Shown here piece after piece: positions 8,139-15,004 of a DNA stretch of 24,841 bases. This stretch comes from Flavitalea sp. GTDB taxonomy: Bacteria; Bacteroidota; Bacteroidia; Chitinophagales; Chitinophagaceae. A model generated the notes under the pieces. That model was given only the letters and a program-made list of their open reading frames with translations, had not been told where the DNA came from and did not search any database. The translations under genes and the position numbers were made by a program. Position 1 is the stretch's first letter. The number at the start of each line of letters is the position of its first letter. The DNA is taken from NCBI GenBank assembly GCA_039934275.1, contig JBDTMM010000001.1:1-24841 (forward strand). Reading direction: 5' to 3'.

Positions 8139-9077
8139 ATGTATAAGAATAAACTCTTTAGTTGTATTTGCTTTTTACTGGTGGTTTTTGGTGCAGGGCA
8201 GTTATCGGCGCAACAGATCGCGTTACCGAAGGATCAAATGCTCGCATTGACGGCCTTGTGGAAGGGAGAGCGCTTTCCTGATGGAAGACCAAAAGTTTCG
8301 GATAGCCTTATAAAGCGCCTGCCTAATATTTCCCTGGAAGATGCGTGGCAGTTTTTGTCGAACCAGGGTTACATGAACCAGTTTGATGCTGGATGGAAAA
8401 TTATTCATGACGATAAAACGCTTGCGGGCCGTGTGGTGACGGCGCAGTATATGCCTTCGCGCCCTGATGTTGACAGCATCATAAAAGCAAAGGGTAAAGC
8501 CGAAGGAAGAATCGGGGCGCCAAACTCATGGCCCATCGATGTATTAAAAATTAATGATGTTTATGTTGCGGATGGTTTTTCAAAGATCATCAACGGTACG
8601 CTGATAGGAGACAATCTTGGAAATTCTATTTATGCAAAAACAAAAACAGGTGTGGTATTCGATGCTGGTGTGCGCGATTTGCAGGGCCTCGAAGCTATTG
8701 ATGGTTTTGTGGGATTTGTAAGGGGAATGGACCCTTCGTTTCTTACTAATGTAACCATGACGGGGATAAACGTTCCGATCCGAATAGGCAGGGCTATTGT
8801 TTTGCCTGGCGACCTGGTGTTAGGTAAAAAAGAGGGTGTAGTGTTTATACCTGCGCACCTTGCAGAAAAAACGATTATTTATTGTGAGTTCATCGGGTTG
8901 AAAGATGAATTTGGTCATATGCGCCTGAAGGAAGGAAAATACACTCCGGGCCAGGTAGATTCTGCCTGGACAGAAGAAATAAAAGCTGACTTCCTCAACT
9001 GGGTTAAGAGCAACCCTTCAAAAATGCCGATGAGTAAAAAGGAACTGGACGACTTTCTCAAGGACAGAACCTGGTAA
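8139..9077 (+). CDS. RraA-like / HMG-aldolase-like protein with signal peptide
   Basis: LAGRVVTAQYMP, GDNLG, GVVFDAGVRDL and VLPGDLVLG motifs; signal peptide ending LSA. Confidence 0.85.
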   Translation: MYKNKLFSCICFLLVVFGAGQLSAQQIALPKDQMLALTALWKGERFPDGRPKVSDSLIKRLPNISLEDAWQFLSNQGYMNQFDAGWKIIHDDKTLAGRVVTAQYMPSRPDVDSIIKAKGKAEGRIGAPNSWPIDVLKINDVYVADGFSKIINGTLIGDNLGNSIYAKTKTGVVFDAGVRDLQGLEAIDGFVGFVRGMDPSFLTNVTMTGINVPIRIGRAIVLPGDLVLGKKEGVVFIPAHLAEKTIIYCEFIGLKDEFGHMRLKEGKYTPGQVDSAWTEEIKADFLNWVKSNPSKMPMSKKELDDFLKDRTW

Positions 9078-9256
9078 AAGCTAGTTGTAGAATATATTGT
9101 AGTAAAGGGAGGAGGCCAGATGCCTAAGCTTCGATTGGAAAAAAATGCCAGTACGTAAAAAATACGAACCGGCAGTGAAATGTTCTGGGAATATAATGAT
9201 GACAAGAAAGGATATCTCTTATCTGTGTTGCGAAAGAATTTAAGTACTAAGGTAGG

Positions 9257-9757
9257 TTACTGAACTACTTTGAATTCCGAATATACTTGGTCCTTGTTGT
9301 TGTTCCAGTATGCCCAAACTACAAGATTTGTATCGCTAAAGGACACGAGCCTATAGGTAAGGATCTGGTATTGATGACCAACAAAGTCAATACGAACGCC
9401 ATCTTTATCAGCTGCAACATACCAGTTGCGTTTTAAAACTGCAGAGTCATTGTTTGCAATTTTTATAGAGTCTTGGTTAATGATAACATTTGATGAAGTA
9501 AATTGATACCTGTCGTCAACCAACCATGGACTAACATATTGGTTAAGATCAGTTTCTGCTTTTACAACAGCGTCTGTATCTATGTAATCAATCGGAGTGA
9601 GTGAATAATAATTTGCCAGGTGATATTCGTGTTTAAGCATAATATCTGCAACTTGTATTGCCTTTGCCCTGTCCTCTGCGCTTATGGGGTCGTGTGTTGA
9701 TTCCTTTTTGCACGAATAAATTGCCAGTACGGTACAAACAAATAAAAGCCATTTCAT
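9257..9757 (-). CDS. Hypothetical lipoprotein (possibly lipocalin-like beta fold)
   Basis: MKWLLFVCTVLAIYSC lipobox, 166 aa uninterrupted ORF; no family recognised. Confidence 0.7.
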   Translation of the reverse strand: MKWLLFVCTVLAIYSCKKESTHDPISAEDRAKAIQVADIMLKHEYHLANYYSLTPIDYIDTDAVVKAETDLNQYVSPWLVDDRYQFTSSNVIINQDSIKIANNDSAVLKRNWYVAADKDGVRIDFVGHQYQILTYRLVSFSDTNLVVWAYWNNNKDQVYSEFKVVQ

Positions 9758-9810
9758 GAGATCAAGTTTTAAGGTTCTAATTCACTATAAGTTAATCAAA
9801 TTTTCGGCCA

Positions 9811-9818
9811 CAAATATA
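9811..9818 (-). promoter_or_regulatory. Bacteroidota -7 promoter box (TATATTTG) for the lipoprotein gene
   Basis: Matches TAnnTTTG 53 bp upstream of the ATG at 9757; no well-spaced -33 box seen. Confidence 0.4.
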
Positions 9819-10031
9819 TTTTCCCAACTTCAAATAACCATAACTAGAGGTTAATATTCAATAATTTATGTACACTATAACAAATACATATAGAATTGAG
9901 TGACGAAAAGACCTGTTTTTAGTTTTTGATAAATAAAGATCAACGATATTAGAAGTTAGAAGAACGCTAAAGGTGAACGAATCTATATACGAGTTTGGTT
10001 AAATAATGGTTGATTAAACTACCCGTTTAAG

Positions 10032-10535
10032 ATGAAAGAACGATCCCTCGAATATTTATTACTTATAGTATGGTTGATTTGTAGTCACATGAACAGGAAA
10101 GCAGTTGCTCCTCAGGCAGTTGGACCGGTACGAGTGAGGCACGGTTGGCCTGGCATGAGATGGAGATGACTGCATTCATACATTTTAGCACAAATACATT
10201 TACGGATCTGGGATGGGGATATGGTGAGGAGAAACCTTGTGTATTATCCAACATCGTTATATGCAGAACAGTGGGCACGATCGTGGAAATATGCAAGTTT
10301 TAAGATGGCGATCCTTACCTGCAAGCACAGCTAACCTTGAGCTGCATACAAAAAAGTGTTCTTCCAATTCACGCGGAGGAGAGGGAACCTATGATGCAAA
10401 TAGACTACAGATGGTAATAAAGAAACTCATCGGGCTACCGATGATGGCATTGATACCCGCAGTGTTGATACGATCCGGATTGAAATTAATAAAACGAAGT
10501 CATGCTCGTTAATATCAATTGTGGAGATATATTAA
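10032..10535 (+). pseudogene. GH29 alpha-L-fucosidase remnant (frameshifted, internally deleted)
   Basis: Three frames join as MKERS..APQAVGPV / SEARLAWHEMEMTAFIHFSTNTFTDLGWGYGEEKP / YPTSLYAEQWARSWKYASFKMAILTCKHS*, the GH29 N-terminus. The tail IRIEINKTKSCSLISIVEIY* resembles the end of the C-terminal F5/8-type domain. Confidence 0.85.
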
Positions 10536-10757
10536 TGAGTACACAAATGGAAGAACCTCTGCTCTGAATCCAAATTTTTTCAGAAACCTGATTACTGCAT
10601 TGGGTTCCACATTTTCAGGACAGCAAACACGAAGTACCCTGTCGCAATCGGAAAGATCAAAATTTACCTTGTATCGCGTGAAAGTCCGATGAAGATGCTC
10701 GGTGAGCATACTCGCATCCTCGGCGGCATCAACATCTGTTTTAAACACTTCAATCAT
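10515..10757 (-). CDS. Small conserved Bacteroidota protein (MIEVFKT..FDLSDCDRVLRV type; HMA/ferredoxin-like fold possible)
   Basis: Recognisable MIEVFKTDV and NFDLSDCDRVLRV pattern. ATG 10757 is preferred over GTG 10793 because a -7 box lies at 10782-10789. Confidence 0.7.
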   Translation of the reverse strand: MIEVFKTDVDAAEDASMLTEHLHRTFTRYKVNFDLSDCDRVLRVCCPENVEPNAVIRFLKKFGFRAEVLPFVYSLIYLHN

Positions 10758-10774
10758 TTCGATAAGATTAATTA

Positions 10775-10792
10775 TGGTAAACAAATTTACCA
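10775..10792 (-). promoter_or_regulatory. -7 box (TAAATTTG) embedded in inverted repeat TGGTAAA-N4-TTTACCA
   Basis: Forward TGGTAAACAAATTTACCA; CAAATTTA at 10782-10789 is TAnnTTTG on the minus strand. Confidence 0.5.
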
Positions 10793-10856
10793 CAGGTAGA
10801 TTGCTATCTCCGGGTGCAAATACGGCTGATTAAGGGGTGAGCTGCGACAAAAAAGC

Positions 10857-11630
10857 CTAAAACATTTTTTGCTCGTCGGTATAATATGTTTTTCTTCCTC
10901 CTATTACTTCATGTTTAATTTCTGCGCCTTTTGGACTTATTGTTTTTTTTGCGTTGTGAATTTTCATAAAGTCCCTCAACTCACCACTGATAATGCCAGG
11001 GTTCGATTTCAGGATCTGTTTTTCTGCAGCTACCAAAACTGATGTAATAGATTTTGCAAGAGCCTTAATATGGACTTCAGGAATTTTGTTTCCCGGCGAG
11101 AAGGGTGAAATCTTAGCCTCCCATAATATTTCATCGGCATAGGCATTTCCGATTCCGCGGATTGACTTCTGATTGATCAGAATATTTTTTATCCTTGCGC
11201 GGCTGTTTAAGATACTTTTTAGATATTTCACATCCATCTTTTTATCAAGGGCGTCGGGTACGTCAGATGCCAATGGATTTAAGGAAGGCCTTGCTGCCTG
11301 CTGCCAATCGCTAAGCGCCAATCCGGAGTCGTCGGTAAACAATAACTCAAGGATCGGATTTTTTTTATCATTTTTCCCTTCAAAATAATTCAGTTCCCCA
11401 TGAAGCATCAGGTGCATACCCAATATGGTGCCGTTAGAAAATTGGATCCTCAACTCTTTTCCTTCCCGGTAAACGGCGGATACTATTTGTTTTTCAATGC
11501 TATTTTTATAATTGGCTTCAGTTGCTTTTGATTTTGATTTCACAACCAGAAAAAACGTTTTCACAATTTTACCTTTCAGTTTCTTTTCAAGGTTTTGGCT
11601 GAAGGCCTGCAGATCGGGTAATTCGGGCAT
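10857..11630 (-). CDS. Fpg/Nei family DNA glycosylase, zinc-finger-less type
   Basis: N-terminal MPELPDL, REGKEL, HLMLHG and H2TH GIGNAYADEILW motifs; no CxxC pairs at the C-terminus (GRKTYY instead). Confidence 0.9.
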   Translation of the reverse strand: MPELPDLQAFSQNLEKKLKGKIVKTFFLVVKSKSKATEANYKNSIEKQIVSAVYREGKELRIQFSNGTILGMHLMLHGELNYFEGKNDKKNPILELLFTDDSGLALSDWQQAARPSLNPLASDVPDALDKKMDVKYLKSILNSRARIKNILINQKSIRGIGNAYADEILWEAKISPFSPGNKIPEVHIKALAKSITSVLVAAEKQILKSNPGIISGELRDFMKIHNAKKTISPKGAEIKHEVIGGRKTYYTDEQKMF

Positions 11631-11782
11631 TGCTTATATTTTATTCGTATTTCAACGATATATCATTTCGCTTCATACAATCTTACAATTGCAGAAGAGG
11701 TTCGTATAACACTGAATTTTGGTTGCTTAACTGCATATCACCATAAAAATCTTGCCATATCTATAGAAAAACTAAACCGTTT

Positions 11783-12216
11783 ATGAAACAAATGCCCTTG
11801 TTGCTCTGTACTGTAATCCTTTTGGTTATTTCATGTAAAAGTAAAACTGACAAACCGGGTCCCCAGTGAGGCTGGCCTCAGGCCAAGCAGGAATACAAAA
11901 CAGGCGACAAGAGAGTTGTTGTAACCATCATGGATTATAACTCCGCACCCCAGGCATTCATTGGGCAGGCTAGTATATATGGAATGGGAATGTCATACGA
12001 AGACAACGAGAAAAACAGGTAAGTGCTGACCTTGACATGAAGGACATAATAGGCTATGAGACCCTCTGCAAAAAAGATAAAAAATCTGAACTGGCATTAA
12101 TAATAAATGACAGGTTCATCATCAATCTTAAAAGTGATGGTGAATCGGATGAAGGCTTTTTGAAAGGTGTGGCAAAGGATATGAAGCTAGGAGACCATTA
12201 CAAAAATAATGATTAA
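11783..12216 (+). pseudogene. Lipoprotein pseudogene (in-frame stop, frameshift, probable internal deletion)
   Basis: MKQMPLLLCTVILLVISC lipobox, TGA at 11867, same frame continues GWPQAKQEYKTGDKRVVVTIMDYNSA.., frameshift in the A-run near 12010, then VSADLDMKDIIGYETL..DRFIINLKSDG..MKLG to TAA 12214-12216. Confidence 0.75.
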
Positions 12217-12986
12217 GAATGATGGTCCTGAAGCTGTTCATTTCCCGGAGTAACAGGAACTAATTTCGGGATTCGGATAATGTGCAGCCAGTTGAACAAT
12301 AAAATCACCGGGTAAACAGGATCCAGTTCGTGCCAGCGCACACCAAAGTTTATGGATGACGGGCGTTTGTGGTGATTGTTGTGATACGATTCACCAAGCA
12401 TCAATATATCTATGCTGAATAAATTCTGGGAAGTATTCTTCAATTTATAATTAGTGTACCCGAATTTGTGGGCGAACCAGTTAATGATCGCTCCATGAAA
12501 TGCGCCCATCAGAATGATTACGGGCAGCAACAGGTATTGCCAGGGTGAAGTTGCAAAGAATACAAAAATCGTGATATAAACACCTACCCATAAAAGTCTT
12601 GATATAGGTGTATTTGCCCATTTGTCGAAGCGGGGCCATTCGGGAAGATTTTTCAAAAACTTTTCTTCAACCACTTCTTTGCCATGGAAAATATCTCGGT
12701 AGCGCATGCTGGTGCGCCACATCATGGAAAACATATTAGAAGAATAATTAGGTGAATGCGGATCTCTTTCGGTGTCGGTATAGGCATGGTGCATGCGGTG
12801 CATGATCGCATAAGCCTTTGGACTCATATAATGTGAACCCTGCATTATGTAACTGAGAATAAAGAATACTTTTTCCCAGAATTTGCTCATGCTAAACGCC
12901 CCGTGCGAAGCATATCTATGATGAAAAAAGGTTTGTATGAAAAGCGAAAAATACCACATCGCTATAAAGAGAATGATGATGGTCAT
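12213..12986 (-). CDS. Membrane fatty acid (acyl-CoA/acyl-lipid, delta-9-like) desaturase
   Basis: His boxes HHRYASH, HRMHH and HNNHH; DPHSP motif. ATG 12986 is preferred over the upstream TTG 13076. Confidence 0.92.
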   Translation of the reverse strand: MTIIILFIAMWYFSLFIQTFFHHRYASHGAFSMSKFWEKVFFILSYIMQGSHYMSPKAYAIMHRMHHAYTDTERDPHSPNYSSNMFSMMWRTSMRYRDIFHGKEVVEEKFLKNLPEWPRFDKWANTPISRLLWVGVYITIFVFFATSPWQYLLLPVIILMGAFHGAIINWFAHKFGYTNYKLKNTSQNLFSIDILMLGESYHNNHHKRPSSINFGVRWHELDPVYPVILLFNWLHIIRIPKLVPVTPGNEQLQDHHS

Positions 12987-13316
12987 AAATATCCCTGGAT
13001 GAAAAGTGTGATCAAGTAGGAGAGATAAAATATTGTGCTGCGGTAATCGAAAGGTGCAGAATGCAAGAATTAGCAATCAACTTGATTATTAAAAATGGTA
13101 ACACCAGAAAGGTACGGAATTCGAGCTTATCCGGACTCAGAAATCGTGTATTCGTTCAGTTAATGTAACATTAATGAACAATGAGTTTGAGTTTCGTTGA
13201 CGTGAAAAGATTGAATTATAGATATTTATACATCTGGTATTATCTTAGGCTTAATAGACCATGCTAAAAATTATTTCAATAACACCATCCGGGTGTTAAA
13301 ACAAAAGAATATAATT

Positions 13317-13457
13317 AAGACCCACATCTGGTATAATTGCCTTCGCTACGCGCTCAGGATTTTTTCCTTTCATTCTAGGGTCTTCATGCTGACCGTAATA
13401 CGAATAGGGCCAGCCATAAAAGCCTCCGTCTTTTACGCTTGTTACATAATCGGGTAA
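13317..13457 (-). pseudogene. Internal fragment (~47 codons) of an L-sorbosone dehydrogenase-like PQQ sugar dehydrogenase
   Basis: [47 protein letters not shown]; flanked by stop codons and non-homologous AT-rich sequence. Confidence 0.8.
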
Positions 13458-13533
13458 TGAGAAAGTAAGCACCAATCAATAATATAGGTTACGCATCAAT
13501 TTTGTAACTTTTCATTGGATAATTACAGTATAA

Positions 13534-14814
13534 ATGAGATATCTGATCAGCCTTTTATTCTTCTCCCTGTTTGTGAATGCTAATCTTAAATTAATTGCGC
13601 AGGAACAGGAGCAATTGAACCTGCCAGGTGACAATCTCAATTTATATGCGGTACTTAAATTGTTCCAGGAATCAAAAACGCTGGAAAGTTTTGAGAAATC
13701 GCTCAATGAAGAAAATAATAAAATAAACAATCTCGACCTCAACGGTGACGGTAAAACTGATTACATTTTTATTGATGACAGCCTGGTGAACAACGTTCAT
13801 AACATTTTGCTCCGCATTGCGGTTAACGCTACTGAAACGCAGAGTGTAGCCGTTATAGCGGTTGAAAAAGACAATAGCGGCCAGGTAAATATGCAACTCA
13901 TCGGGGATGAGGATCTTTATGGAAAAGATTATATCGTAGAGCCCGATTCCGAGGGGCTTGCCCAAACACAAAACCCTGGTTATTCAGGTAACGCATCGCA
14001 GGCGCCCCTGCCACAAGATAATGTGCAGGTTGATGCCTCAGCTGCTTACTACCCGGTTAATTTCTGGCCAGTGATACAATATATATATGTGCCCACATAT
14101 TCCGCGTGGCGCTCACCATGGTTCTGGAACTATTACCCGAGTTACTGGACGCCATGGCGCCCATTTTACTGGCACACTTACTACGCCTACCAATATCACT
14201 GGAACTATTATTATTCCGCTCACTACCGCCAGGTAAATGTTTACCGCATACCCGGATGGCGACAGAAATACTACAATACACCAGGGTTCAGGTCGAGATC
14301 GGTTGTTGTGAAGACGAGATACCAGCAGGGAAATTACAGGCAAACCTATTCACGGCCTCATTTCGCGAACCGCGGTACAGAATTGTTCAGAAGAGACCAT
14401 CCAAATGCTCCATCAGTAAATACAAAACCTCCACTGTTTGATAAGAATGGGCGGCCTGTGGTTATTAACTCTGGAAGGCCGGTTACCAATGCGGGCACCC
14501 GTCCAATCGCCAGGCCAATAGTCACAAATCCCAGGACAAGGCCTGTAAAGAATCCTGGTACAAGGCCGGCAAATCCATTAACACGTCCTGTAGTCAATCC
14601 GGGCACCCGTCCATCAAACAGGCCAATCGCGCATCCGGTTACAAGACCGGTTTCACCTTCAGTGAACAGGCCAGCGCAAAGACCATCGGTGTCTCAACCC
14701 AGTAAAAGACCAATTAATAGCCCGGGTGCCAGGCCAGCCATTTCCCGGCACCAAACCGAGCGACCCACACCTCAGACACAGGCTTCTGCTGTTAGGGAGC
14801 GCGACGACCATTAA
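13534..14814 (+). CDS. Exported conserved Bacteroidota hypothetical protein with EF-hand-like DLNGDG loop, W/Y/P-rich segment and Arg-Pro repeat tail
   Basis: Signal peptide; FEKSLN..INNLDLNGDGKTDYI; YYPSYWTPWRP; low-complexity C-terminus. Confidence 0.8.
   Translation: MRYLISLLFFSLFVNANLKLIAQEQEQLNLPGDNLNLYAVLKLFQESKTLESFEKSLNEENNKINNLDLNGDGKTDYIFIDDSLVNNVHNILLRIAVNATETQSVAVIAVEKDNSGQVNMQLIGDEDLYGKDYIVEPDSEGLAQTQNPGYSGNASQAPLPQDNVQVDASAAYYPVNFWPVIQYIYVPTYSAWRSPWFWNYYPSYWTPWRPFYWHTYYAYQYHWNYYYSAHYRQVNVYRIPGWRQKYYNTPGFRSRSVVVKTRYQQGNYRQTYSRPHFANRGTELFRRDHPNAPSVNTKPPLFDKNGRPVVINSGRPVTNAGTRPIARPIVTNPRTRPVKNPGTRPANPLTRPVVNPGTRPSNRPIAHPVTRPVSPSVNRPAQRPSVSQPSKRPINSPGARPAISRHQTERPTPQTQASAVRERDDH
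14452..14772 (+). repeat. Imperfect intragenic peptide repeats, 15 RP-initiated units (e.g. RPVVNPGT, RPVKNPGT)
   Basis: Counted by eye in the translation; mostly 4-10 aa spacing, degenerate at DNA level (GGGCACCCGTCCA occurs twice). Confidence 0.8.
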
Positions 14815-15004
14815 TGCCTCGTTCAAAAAGTTAATTACAAGGCGGGCATCTTTGTGCCCATACAGAAATATTTTTTTTCTTTCACTTCCCTATAACAGTT
14901 TCGCGGTACATGATAAGTAGGGTCATTCAATAATGACCTTCTACCCCTTCATCACGAATTATAAAAACTGCTAATTGATCTTAAAACAAAACCAAAACAA
15001 CGTT

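Noticed and set aside
8139-9077. Demethylmenaquinone methyltransferase (menG) label
   Set aside because: This is a known historical misannotation of RraA-like proteins; no SAM-binding motif is present.
9078-9260. Possible further remnant (VEYIVVKGGGQMPKLRLEKNAST*KIRTGSEMFWEY..) with GGAGG before an ATG
   Set aside because: Looks coding-like but has an internal stop and no family I can recognise; would need blastx.
9860-10030. AT-rich gap as a small gene or ncRNA
   Set aside because: The frames I read are interrupted by stops, and no recognisable structure is present.
10063-10512. ORF-track ORFs of 77 aa (-) and 91 aa (+)
   Set aside because: Shadow frames of the GH29 remnant.
13107-13140. 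TTCGAG/GGACTC words as the distal att repeat of tRNA-Asn
   Set aside because: Only 6-nt matches, expected by chance.
13280-13298. TAACACC-ATCCG-GGTGTTA hairpin
   Set aside because: No downstream U tract on either strand and a single copy only; too weak to call.
14452-14772. CRISPR array or DNA tandem repeat
   Set aside because: The repeats are degenerate, in-frame peptide repeats with no constant repeat-spacer structure; no cas genes are present.
14844-14880. GGGCA-N6-TGCCC hairpin followed by a T run as a terminator
   Set aside because: The stem is only 5 bp and the T run is about 10 nt away; not convincing.
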